DNA of 64,000 nt from Diplonema japonicum (lineage: Eukaryota > Protista > Euglenozoa: Diplonemea). The DNA lies in NCBI GenBank assembly GCA_964019335.1, contig OZ025696.1, forward strand, positions 474,244 through 538,243, given 5' to 3'. Position 1 is the stretch's first letter; each line of letters begins with the position of its first letter. The position numbers and the translations under genes are program-made. The notes beneath the pieces are model-generated. The model saw nothing but the letters and a program-made list of their open reading frames with translations. It was not told where the DNA came from and ran no database searches. Below, piece by piece: positions 1 through 10,915 of the stretch.

Positions 1-536
1 ACCACCACCTCCGTCGAAGCATTCCCCTTCTGTGCCCCAAGGTAGTATGCATTGATGTTCCTGTACACCTCAGGGATGGGGACAGACGCCACGTAGCCGA
101 TGCGGCCCGATGTAGACTGCCCCGCCGACACCACCCCAGACAGGTACCGTGCTTGATACAGCTTTCCAGAGGCCGTTGCGAAGTTGGGCTTCCCGCTGTA
201 ATAGCCTGTCAAGTGCACGAAGTCCACCTCAGGGTACTCGGACGCCGCCTCGAAGGTTTGGTCGTGGAACGTGAATGACGTTGCGAAGATCAGCTGAAAC
301 CCCCTCTTGACAAGATCTGCAATCGTGTCCTTGCACTTCCCTGCCTTCACACTCTCCACCACCTCTGTCCGCACGTACACGTCGTTTCCGACAACCCTCT
401 GCACCGCCTCCACTGCCTCGATCCTCCCCAGGTTGTGGTTGTAGGTCCACCCATAGTCATCCAGGGGGCCACTTAGGATGAACGCAGCCCGCAGGTCACC
501 CACAACCAGGGCAGCGATCACCAGGACCCCGATCAT
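1..536 (-). CDS. Receptor adenylate cyclase paralogue (Bmp-type ectodomain), 5' part only; runs off window start
   Basis: Nearly identical to 4266-4801 and 13485-14020; ATG at 536 (MIGVLVIAALVVGDLRAAFILSGPLDDYGWTYNHNLGR); local divergent patch VQRVVGNDVYVRTEV versus VQQAVGNTTRIQTEV. Confidence 0.9.
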   Translation of the reverse strand, partial: MIGVLVIAALVVGDLRAAFILSGPLDDYGWTYNHNLGRIEAVEAVQRVVGNDVYVRTEVVESVKAGKCKDTIADLVKRGFQLIFATSFTFHDQTFEAASEYPEVDFVHLTGYYSGKPNFATASGKLYQARYLSGVVSAGQSTSGRIGYVASVPIPEVYRNINAYYLGAQKGNASTEVV

Positions 537-1651
537 GTTGACATCAAGAATGGGTGGGATACTGTAGATGAGTGAGCAGGATTAAATTTCAAAAAAAGAA
601 TGAAAATAAAAAAGGAAGAAAACTTAAAATAAAGAAGAGAAGAAGAAGAAGAACACCAACGCAGAGCCAAACGTCATCCATTGTGTGGGTGTCTATTGAA
701 AGGTTTGGCATAATAGGAAACAGATTCGTTGGCATTACATTTCTTCCTTTTCCGCCATCTCCAACTTCTTAGTACCAACATGTGTTTTCAGTTTTTGACT
801 TGTAAAAGTAAAAATACAACACAAGCTAGGAATGTGGCTGAGCTTGAAAATCAAAGCTCCGGCCCCTTCGTTTGTCGTATTCTTTTTCTCCCGTTGAGGG
901 CTAACAGTTCATTATCATGTGATAAGTGGAAAAATGAAATGTTATAGCAAGGTGCTTCAAAGTAATTAGTCGAAAGGGGGAGGGAGTGAGAAAAATATTT
1001 ACCAATGTGAAAGCTACTAACCGGAGTAAAAGAGAGAGAGGGAGAGAGAACGCTTTTGCCAAGTAAAGGAAAGCGTATCCTAGAGGAAGGGGAGACACCG
1101 TTTGAGCCCTCTCATACCCTTGGGGGGACGTACCTAAGTCTTGTCCACCGCTAAGATGCGTAGGCTGTCTCCTGATGCTAAGGGGAGTGGGGGGAAAGCC
1201 ATGGGAAGGACAATAGTGGACAAAGAATGGCAAACAGTTGCGATAACAGAGAAAACGGGAGAAGATTTTGAAAAATTAGGGCGGCTTCCCCTCCGATTTT
1301 CTTTGGAGCACGCTTTTTATGGAATGTAATTTTGCCTTCTCAGGTCACGTCTGGACACCACATGGGGTCAGAGTACAGAAACCCGTCTTCGAAACGCCAC
1401 TTAAATAAAAGGTCAGGAAACAAAAGTCATCACACACATAATTTACATTACATAAGAAAGAAATTCGGGTACCAGTCTTTGGCTCTAAGTTGTTTCTGGA
1501 TGCGTTATTTTCTAACACATCCAGAAACAAATAACACCAGTTTTAGTTTCGACAACAACATTGTTAAACAGAAAGGGGGGCCAAGAATTGCATCGTGAAA
1601 CCCAGTACTTTAGTTTAGACAAGTCAAAAGATTCATTGCACAGAATGGTCT

Positions 1652-4600
1652 TTAACATAAAACCCCAGATTGTGAAGCGTCCGACCTGATAAATTCTAGG
1701 TGCTTTCTCATTTCTGCTATCGCGGCCATGATGACTGTGTCCTCTTCGAGTTCAGCCATCTTCTCACACCTCTTGAATTCGTAGTTATGGAAGGCATCTT
1801 CAAACTCAGGCGACCATGTTGTGTTGAGGTTTTTCTCATTTTCCACGATGTTATCAGTGAGTTGATAGGCCACGACAGCTTCTGCCACAGTTTTGTTAAG
1901 GTTGACGTGGAGGATGGGACGGGTGGAGTAGCTGTCAGCCAGTGAAGCTCTATGCTGTATGTCCCCTGACAACACACAAAAGACGATCCCCATCCCAAGG
2001 TCCTGTGCCTTGCACGACAGCTTGAACGCTATGTCCACTGTCTCCCCTATCACAGAGGCGAAGCGCTGCCGGTGTGTCCCCACAAACCCACTCGAACACT
2101 GCCCTGTCCCAATCCCGATGTGCACAGCAACTGGCAACGCAGTCATTCGCATGGACTCGTGGCAGAGTGTCGCCCACCGCACAGCATTTTGAAGGTGTGC
2201 CGGGCACGGAATTGCGGTGTTCCAGCTCACAACCACAAGTCGGTTGAACACCGATACAACACTACCAGTCGTCCGTTCCAAGTGCGTGACGAAGGAGCCC
2301 ATCGCCGCACAAAGTGTTGTTCTAATATCGTCCTCTTCATCAATGTAATCTACCTGAATCGCGGCTATTGACGATGCCCTGCAGTAATTGAAGCATTGCC
2401 ACCTGCCTGTCGTTGACCTAGATAAGGGCGACGACGCAGAGCTTGTCGATGTCAGCGAGCTGCGGCGATTATTTGTGGGCTTCGCTTCCTCCAGCCTCTC
2501 GGGGAATCTCTTTGGAAGGAGAAGGGTAATCACTTGACCTCCAGAAACACCACGAAACACCACTCCTCCCATCACATGTTTCAGAGGTAGCCCGAGCTCG
2601 AAATCCGACCCTGCCACTTTCATAAAGACCTCAGCCGACACTGCAACACACCCCCCTGGACACACTGCCTCAATCCGAGCCGCCTTGTTCACACACCGAC
2701 CAAAGTAGTCTGTCCGTCCAGACATAGTGTCATTGTCCAGAGCCACCTCACCCTCGTTCACCCCGATCCGCACACGAAGGCCTTTCCACGTCCCTTCCAC
2801 ATACTCGCTTTCTGAGTTTTTCCCCAGTGACTCCGTCCACTTGTCACTGTCGTAGAGGTCTTCCTGAATGTCCAACCCGCACCTGCACGCCGCAAGTGAC
2901 TCCTCGAAGGCCACCATGAAGCTGTCCCCGATCGTCTTCACCTCGTAACCACTGTGCCGGAGGATGCACCCGCGGATCACATGGTTGTGTATGCCAAGGT
3001 TCGTGCACATGTCTTCCGCATCCAGCTCCCACAACATCGTGCTGTGCTGCACGTCTGTGAACAGGATGGCCGCTGTCCCTGTCTTCCCAGGAGGGTTGAT
3101 GTTCAACAGGGGGGACACAAGGCTCTGCTCCTGTGAACTCTTGTTGTCCACCAAAGACTGTGGGAGGTATCGCCTGAACTCTGTGAGGTTGTCGATGATC
3201 TTGATGAAGGAGAGTTGGATCTCGTTCGGGTTTTCGATCTCCCTGATGTACGACACCGCCTCGAGGTTCATGTTCGCAATGGACTCCGCACACTTGATCG
3301 CCACCATCTTGTCGGTGTGCATGAGGTTCAGTGTCTTCCTGCTCTGCGTGAGCTTCAGCACGACCCCCACGATCACAGTCATCATCACCGTCCCGAGCAC
3401 CCCAGCGATGATATAGTAGGTCGTCAGGTCCTGTCCTGTCGAGACACACTCGGTGTTCCCCTCCCCGTAGTTCGTTGTCCCCGACCCGCAAGGGGTGCAC
3501 CCAGCCGACCCGAGCCCAGTGCTGTAGGTCCCCTCCCCACACGGTGTGCAGTTCGCTGAACCCTTTTGCCCAGAGAAGGTACCGGGTAAGCACTGCAAAC
3601 AGATCCTCGGCTCCACCACAGACTCCGAGGCTTCAGCATACCAACCAGAGTCGCACGGCTCGCACACGATGTCGAAGGAGGGGGGGCTGTGGACAAACAC
3701 CTCCCGCGAAGAGGTACCTGCCTGGCACCCCCCGTGGCTCGGAAGGAAGCCGATGTCCACCACCCCATCTATGATGTACTTCATCTTCACCTGAAGGTGG
3801 AACTCGTCCAAGCAGCCAGAGGGGTTCTGCAAGACCCCGTTGTGTACCACAGGGCTGCAGAAGGGGTCGAAGGTCCCTGCCTCGAGCTTTGTCTTCTCTG
3901 CTTGGTACACATCTTCATCCTGTCTGCTCACGAGGAAGGACAGTGGGTAGTTGCGGGAGACGCCCTTGTCATAACCGTACCAGATTGAGCGGTTTGGGTG
4001 CCCCTTGAAGGTGTCGGAGAGGGTGCGGAGCATGTACTCGGTGTAGATGGGACCCCAGTTGAAGTTCGCAGAGGTGAGCACCGACTCCCCGATGGACAGC
4101 CGTTGGTCTCCGTTTGAGCCTGTCGACAGCTTCCCTTGAGCCTTCGCCGTCACAGGGGACGCCTTCGTGTCAGTGTGGTAGGCGATCACATCGCAGCCGA
4201 GCTTCGCAAGCACCTCTGTTGCATACCCTTCCTTCACAGCGTCCATGAAGGTCCCGATCCACAGCACCACCACCTCCGTCGAAGCATTCCCCTTCTGTGC
4301 CCCAAGGTAGTATGCATTGATGTTCCTGTACACCTCAGGGATGGGGACAGACGCCACGTAGCCGATGCGGCCCGATGTAGACTGCCCCGCCGACACCACC
4401 CCAGACAGGTACCGTGCTTGGTACAGCTTTCCAGAGGCCGTTGCGAAGTTGGGCTTCCCGCTGTAGTAGCCTGTCATGTGCACGAAGTCCACCTCAGGGT
4501 ACTCGGATGCTGCCTCGAAGGTTTGGTCGTGGAACGTGAATGACGTCGCGAAGATCAGCTGAAACCCCCTCTTGACAAGATCTGCAATCGTGTCCTTGCA

Positions 4601-4801
4601 CTTCCCTGCCTTCACACTCTCCACCACCTCTGTCTGGATGCGGGTGGTGTTCCCCACTGCTTGCTGCACCGCCTCCACTGCCTCGATCCTCCCCAGGTTG
4701 TGGTTGTAGGTCCACCCATAGTCATCCAGGGGGCCACTTAGGATGAACGCAGCCCGCAGGTCACCCACAACCAGGGCAGCGATCACCAGGACCCCGATCA
4801 T
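1652..4801 (-). CDS. Receptor-type adenylate cyclase: signal peptide, Bmp/PnrA-like periplasmic-binding domain, Cys-rich (GCC2/ephrin-receptor-like) repeats, TM, class III cyclase, degenerate second cyclase domain
   Basis: 1049-aa ORF; Bmp motifs GPLDDYGWTYNHNLGR, LIFATSF, ARYLSGVVSA, IGYVASVPIPEV.RNINAY.LGA; C..C..GT[FY]S repeats; TM YYIIAGVLGTVMMTVIVGVVL; cyclase FTDVQHSTMLWE, GYEVKTIGDSFMVAF, GLRVRIGVN, DYFGRCVNKAARIE. Confidence 0.92.
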   Translation of the reverse strand: MIGVLVIAALVVGDLRAAFILSGPLDDYGWTYNHNLGRIEAVEAVQQAVGNTTRIQTEVVESVKAGKCKDTIADLVKRGFQLIFATSFTFHDQTFEAASEYPEVDFVHMTGYYSGKPNFATASGKLYQARYLSGVVSAGQSTSGRIGYVASVPIPEVYRNINAYYLGAQKGNASTEVVVLWIGTFMDAVKEGYATEVLAKLGCDVIAYHTDTKASPVTAKAQGKLSTGSNGDQRLSIGESVLTSANFNWGPIYTEYMLRTLSDTFKGHPNRSIWYGYDKGVSRNYPLSFLVSRQDEDVYQAEKTKLEAGTFDPFCSPVVHNGVLQNPSGCLDEFHLQVKMKYIIDGVVDIGFLPSHGGCQAGTSSREVFVHSPPSFDIVCEPCDSGWYAEASESVVEPRICLQCLPGTFSGQKGSANCTPCGEGTYSTGLGSAGCTPCGSGTTNYGEGNTECVSTGQDLTTYYIIAGVLGTVMMTVIVGVVLKLTQSRKTLNLMHTDKMVAIKCAESIANMNLEAVSYIREIENPNEIQLSFIKIIDNLTEFRRYLPQSLVDNKSSQEQSLVSPLLNINPPGKTGTAAILFTDVQHSTMLWELDAEDMCTNLGIHNHVIRGCILRHSGYEVKTIGDSFMVAFEESLAACRCGLDIQEDLYDSDKWTESLGKNSESEYVEGTWKGLRVRIGVNEGEVALDNDTMSGRTDYFGRCVNKAARIEAVCPGGCVAVSAEVFMKVAGSDFELGLPLKHVMGGVVFRGVSGGQVITLLLPKRFPERLEEAKPTNNRRSSLTSTSSASSPLSRSTTGRWQCFNYCRASSIAAIQVDYIDEEDDIRTTLCAAMGSFVTHLERTTGSVVSVFNRLVVVSWNTAIPCPAHLQNAVRWATLCHESMRMTALPVAVHIGIGTGQCSSGFVGTHRQRFASVIGETVDIAFKLSCKAQDLGMGIVFCVLSGDIQHRASLADSYSTRPILHVNLNKTVAEAVVAYQLTDNIVENEKNLNTTWSPEFEDAFHNYEFKRCEKMAELEEDTVIMAAIAEMRKHLEFIRSDASQSGVLC

Positions 4802-6065
4802 GTTGACATGTGTAAGTCTTCTACCTGTAGACGTTGGCAGCAGACACAGAGGAAGGTGAAGGCTTAAAAGAGAAACGAGACTTTAGTGGCAAATAGAAGT
4901 GTTTCTTTCTTTCTCGTAGTCGTTCGATATTGGGGGGAAAGGAGGGATAAAGGCAACTCATCTCCTGAGTAAGCCAAGTTAAGTCTTACCAAGAGGCCGC
5001 AACCACGGAATCACGAGCTCTTCTTGTCAGGAAAGGTCAAGTTCTGTACTAATGTGGTATGCCTGTTGTTTTTCCGGATACAGCTACTAAGAGAACTCCG
5101 AGGAATTCTTACAGAGTGTTGCAGAAGGTTTATTGCTACTACTATACCACAGATGAGAATCGTATTGGTGTCTTTGTTGTGCCCATTTATTACGGGTTTT
5201 TTTTGGGGGGGGGGTAGCGCCAACAAATAGTGTCATGGCAGCAATTTTTAAAAACGTATGGTATTTTCATTCGGAAGGGAAACGGAGAAATTCTTTTTTT
5301 ACACCCGTCCTTTGTGCCACTCCCCCCCCAGCTGCGCTCTTCACAGAACAGTACAGTGTCCCGTTTGGGGGAAGAAGAAAAAAAAAGGGGGGGAATGACT
5401 AAACTTAATAAATGGAACAGGTTCTATTTTGTGAGCTTTTCCAAGAACTCAACGATTCTCAAGAAGTAAAAGGGGTCATTGGTCTTTGGCTATTCTTCTT
5501 TGTGTTTTTTTCTTTTTTTTTTCTTTCAATTAAATTTTTTAGGGTGGGTTGAGAAGGAAAAAAAAAAGAAAGAGGGGGGTGTTAAGATGAACCGGTCAAC
5601 CCCCCTCACCCAAGTCTGTTCGAAGGGAACACACGTTAATTTCTGTTCCTCCCCTGGCAAATAATCAGACGAAAATAAAGAAAAAAAAAAAATAGGAACT
5701 CTGGTCCAAGTGCAGTGAGTGACTAAGGAATTAAAACAAAAAAAAATTGATAAAGTTCGGTGTGCGGGTGGGTGCTCACTGTTCAGGGAGAAATTCACAC
5801 TAACCGGTCACCGTTCTGCGGTTGCTGTCCGGTGCCTGCAGTGGCTGTTTGTCGTGATGAGATGGACGGCATCTGGGCGAGAAACAGCTGCTAGGTAGGG
5901 GGCGGTTTGGCTCGAAGAAAAAAAAGAAAAAAAAAAGAAAAAAAACAGAAAAAAAATACCGGTCCATAATGTAACCTTGTGGTTCTGTATATATGAGCTC
6001 GTCCGAAAAAAAATGTCAACACTTTTTTGGGCACCTCCGAAAATTTCTTGTTTTGATTATTTGAG

Positions 6066-6096
6066 CAAAAAAAGGGCAGCATGCAACCATAGGAAG
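6066..6096. repeat. Inverted copy of a piggyBac subterminal sequence
   Basis: AAAAAAGGGCAGCATGCAACCATAGGAAG is the reverse complement of CTTCCTATGGTTGCATGCTGCCCTTTTTT at ~8663-8691. Confidence 0.7.
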
Positions 6097-6985
6097 ATGA
6101 CATACATGGTGTACATGGCGCCGTTCTTTCAATTGCGATGCTTGTTTTGCCATGAGGGTGGCAGGCTTCGCAACCGGCTGCCCCTGGGAAGCGAAAAACG
6201 GAGGTCAGAAAAACGACGAAAAAATGTTTAAAATGCAGTTTAAAAGCTTGAAATGCAGCACCTAGGGTGCATAAAAGTGGTGAACACACACCTTTGTGAC
6301 CCCTGGGTACAACCCAGGGTCGGGTTACTGTTAAAAGTACTTAGAAAAATATATGGCGTTGCATAGCCCCCAAAAAACCGGTTTTTTTAGCCCTATTTTT
6401 TGCTTTTTTGGGGGGTTCCTAAGGGAATTGGCCTAAAAGGCCCATTTTCCTGAATACCCAATTCTTAACACCTGCCTGCTCAACATCGGTATCTTTGGGG
6501 CCATACATGCATTCTCTACCCATCTGCTGAGGTTTGTCATTTTTTTTCTTCTTCAATTAAAAATTGAGAAGTTTGCTTGAAAAGGGCCCTTAAGGGATTT
6601 AAGCCTAAAATGGGCATTGTAGCCTAAAATAATCTGGTATAAACACACTTTACCACGTTTCCGGGCCACCAAGCATCACACCTGAGGCCGGCAAATGCCG
6701 AAAATTACTGGCCATGCATACAGGCGTTCTTTTGCACAATACCTTGTTGATGAAGGAACCTGCTGTTTTGGCTGGAAGTCACACCTGATCAAGCCCCTGC
6801 ACAAAACCAGCAGTTTCTGAAGAGCGATGATCAAGTGCCGACAAATTACACAAAACCTACAGAATTCTGTCAATTTGACATCACCTTCTCAGGCAATCAG
6901 GCTTAGTTTTGACATCAGTGTGAACATTTCGCAGAAGTGAACATAAACCTCATTTAACTATACAAAAATTAAATAAAATATCATA

Positions 6986-8810
6986 TTAAATAAAAATCAG
7001 CCAGATTTTTACTCGGAATTTCTTTTTTCACTCGTTTTTTTTGAAATTCAACTACCCCCTAAACGCCCGCGCGGACGTTTTTGTCCTTATTTCAAAATTT
7101 GCTTTTTCGCTAAGTACTTTTTTGAACACGGCCCCTGGACTTCAAAATATGGCATTGTTGCGCGGTTTATTTTGTCTTGGAACTACATTTTGCGTTAAAA
7201 GTTTTGTTTTAATTGAAACCGGCAGGGTTGGCTTAAAATGAAATCAGATGGTCAAAATAGCAGCGAAAACGTGAGTCTCCCCCGACTGGTCAGAAAAAGA
7301 AGAAAAAGACGATGAGGCGGTCAAAGAGGGGCCGGAAACGATGCTTGGGTGGGAGAAATACTCCCAAAGGCCCGAAACATATCATTTCCGTAAAAAGGTG
7401 GGCTTAGGACACCTCTAGGTGAAGCGGCCAATGAGGAGGGTGTTTTTAATCTTTTTTTTTACACACGCGGTACTTGAGCTCATAGTTTCTTCCACGAACG
7501 GTCGTTTCGGTTCAAAAAAACAGCGGAATCTGAATCTTTCCATCCCAGAGTACAAAATTTGGCTTGGGTTGGTCCTGTTAATGGGTTTACGCTCGGCACC
7601 GAACATGAAGAGCTACTGGACAACAAATTCTAATTTAACCATCCCGGCTTTTGAGAAAATGAGCAAACCAATTCGTTGACATACAGTGCTACCTCACCTT
7701 TGACAACCTGGAAAGCATTTGGAAGGCCTGAAACTGCACCTCATGTGCAGGTTTCTTGACATCATTGTCAACCGGTGTAGGACTGTGCGGACCCCTGGCA
7801 AGTGGTTGTCTGTTGACGACAGTGTTATCCCGACAACAATAAAAGTCATGGCACCACGAAAAAGCAACTCGGTGGGCATCAAGGTAATCGCTACATGCGA
7901 CTCATAAAACTGTTACCTGGCGAATTTCAACATTTTCAGCAAGAAGTCCACAACACAGGACCTAGTCATGCGTACTGTCGACTCCTAAGGGTTTGCTGTC
8001 GACCCCTGACCTGCAAGACCAGCTCCAGGGGACTGGAGTTCGGCATATGAAAACCCGGAAGTGGACCATGGCTTCCCGAGCTTCAAAGAAGAACTTGTTG
8101 GCAAGCTTCTCACCCATGCCCCAAAAACCGATAGCACACACCCCCCGACAACACCGTCACCGACCCCCAAGCGCAAACACGCTAGCAATGAGGATTCCCT
8201 CACTCAGAAATACCCAAAACGTCTCGATTTGACCCTAAATCACACCTCCGAGACCATGATGAACGGAACGAAGGTGAGGAGGGTGCTCTATGCTGTTCCT
8301 GGGTACGGGAAGAAGGTGCAAACGTGGTGCCCCTGTTGCAAAACCCCCTTATGCAAAACGTGTTTTTTACCCTTGCATGCTACCCCGGCTGGAAAAAAAA
8401 CTCGCAAGTTGCTTTTTTCATCCCACAGCCCCAAAAAGTCTCCAGACTGACCTCAATCCTAGAGTTCAGGGCACCAAATAGGGCTGAATGCTGCCCTATT
8501 TAGCCCAGCCATAACTCCACGGACCCCCCACGACAAGACCCCCCAAAATCGGACATAAAAAGTACACCTTCAACCCCCCTCTTACACACATAGTTAAGTG
8601 TTCTCATCTGAATCTGGCACCTGGAATTGAAAATTTTAGTACCGTTTACCCTTTCCTTGCACCTTCCTATGGTTGCATGCTGCCCTTTTTTTGAGTATTT
8701 AAAGCAACAACGAAAATGGGGGGGTACCGTAGATAGGCTCCGGGCGTTTAGGGGCTACTCGTGAAAAAAAGAATTCCTCGTAAAAATCAGGTAATCTGAT
8801 TTTTATTTAA
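6986..8810 (+). mobile_element. Degenerate, internally deleted piggyBac-like DNA transposon
   Basis: Broken ORFs with PGBD motifs FFTHAVLELIVSSTN, EYKIWLGLVLLMGL...YWT, TPGKWLSVDDSVIP...GIKVIATCDS and C-terminal CPCCKTPLCKTCF..H; imperfect terminal inverted repeats (ATAAAAATCAG...CCCCTAAACGCCCG) with TTAA at 6986-6989 and 8807-8810. Confidence 0.8.
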
Positions 8811-8832
8811 TAAATAGTCATTTTTTTTTTTG

Positions 8833-8903
8833 CTGTAAAAGGAAAAACCACCGGAAGGAAAAATGTCCAAAAGCCCTAGCTGACCGGATGATTTTCCTTT
8901 CTG

Positions 8904-8938
<35 letters not shown>

Positions 8939-9178
8939 CCCTTTTCTGTTGCCAAGAGATCAAAAATCAAAACCGAGTAGAACAGTGCTTTTCGGGTTTT
9001 ACAAGAACCAAAATCTTCAGTGACCTTTCATTGACCACTTCTTACTTTTAAGGTTATTATGCTTTCATTTTCATTTCCCGGGAGATTAATCCCCAACTCC
9101 TGGCAGGAAGTACTAAGAACTCAAGAAACAAGTCAAGAAAAATGTCCGGAAGCGGATGATTTTCCTTCTGGTAATGTT

Positions 9179-9218
<40 letters not shown>

Positions 9219-9220
9219 AG
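8833..9220. mobile_element. Possible MITE-like element with palindromic ends
   Basis: GGATGATTTTCC(T)TTCTGGTA occurs twice (~8887, ~9154); the left end CTGTAAAA..CCGGAAGGAAAA mirrors the right end; no clean TSD. Confidence 0.35.
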
Positions 9221-9304
9221 GGAAGGACGATCAAATGCTTAAGAAAAAAAGAGTCGGCTGATCGAACTGACCGAATTATTTTCAAAATTTTGTTGTACTT
9301 GTTC

Positions 9305-9355
<51 letters not shown>

Positions 9356-9828
9356 AAAAAAGAAGAAGAATGAATTTGATATCACTGTTTCTCATATGGT
9401 GTGATACCTAAACCAAATCAGGCAGCGATTACGGTCGAAAGGAAAGAAGGGCACCAATTAAATGGTGCAAGAAAGAAAGAAAAAAAAACTCAAATTAACA
9501 TGCAAACTCCTAAAGCGAAAGCCGCATGCCCTAAAAGGGAGGAGGTATGGTCAGTACTAGGTAGCTCTCAGTTTCGATCTAATCTTGCGACTCCTCCAAG
9601 TGCTGATCTCTTCAGGCAAGTAGCACCCTTCATTGGCTCCCACTAGCATCCCAGCAGGTATGGAGAGTACTTTTCCCGACCACAAAAAAAAAAAGGGAAA
9701 AAAAAAAAAAGAATGACATAACCAATAACAACCCTTTTTTTTTGCAGCATCATACCTTTTAGGTATCCCTGTTCCCGAGGGTTATCTGATGACACAAAAA
9801 AAAGTTCTGGGGAGAACCCCCAGCAGGT

Positions 9829-10002
<174 letters not shown>

Positions 10003-10915
10003 GGGAGTACAAAATAATAAAAAAAAGTTGAAAGGAAGAATAAAATAATGCTGTGAAGATGGGTTGCAAAAAGAAGGGTGAAACAAAAACAGAAGCATAC
10101 AGGGGGGGGGGGGGGGGTTATCAAATGAAGGTAACAGTGGGGTAGTTTTCTTTTCCCCCTCGACGAAAAATCACAAACAGTTGTTAATTGTTGGGGAAAA
10201 AAAACCAGGGATAGGGAGGACGCCACTTTTTTTTTCTTTTTTTTTTTTCTCTTTCCTCCTAGAACCCGAAAAATTAACCATCCACGGTAACCTCGAAAAA
10301 TCTTTTCTCCATCATCCATGGTAACTCCGAAAATTACTACATTTCAAATATTAGTCAAAAAAAAGAAAGAAAAAAAGGAAAAAAAACAGGGGGGGGGAAA
10401 GAGTGTCATGGTGTTTAACAGAACGGTGGAAGAAATACAATGTTACAAGGCTATCGTGTTTGGTGGTAAGTTTTTTTGAGGTTCAGTAGATGGTGGAAAA
10501 TGAAATTCAGGTTTAGCTTAACGGGAAATCATTCATTTGCTTACCGTGTGTAATTTCTTTCTCATTTTTTAACCCCCCCCTCCCCCTGTTGTCATCTTCT
10601 TTTCACTCACATTTTTGCACAGGCGAAAAATTCGGCTCAACACAGGAATGTGAAACAACTTACCGCCATATTTAACTCTCGTTATTCTAAAAATCTCTAC
10701 TCAAAAAAAAAAAAAAAAAAAAAAAAAGAAGAAGAAGAAGAAATAAAATGGAAAGCACAAGTTAAAAGTATGCCTCATAATTTGTTAATTTGAAAAATTA
10801 ACTAAGAAGCATTTACAGCAAATATCCCTCAAAAAAAAAAAAAAAAAAAAAAAGACTCTATTTATCTTATCCCTTCGTGCTGAAGAATCTAGTGGTTTCT
10901 ATTCCACCAACCACG

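Noticed and set aside
1700-4715. Many overlapping alternate-frame and antisense ORFs within the cyclases (likewise in other GC-rich genes)
   Set aside because: Expected shadows of high-GC3 coding sequence; their conservation follows from paralogue identity
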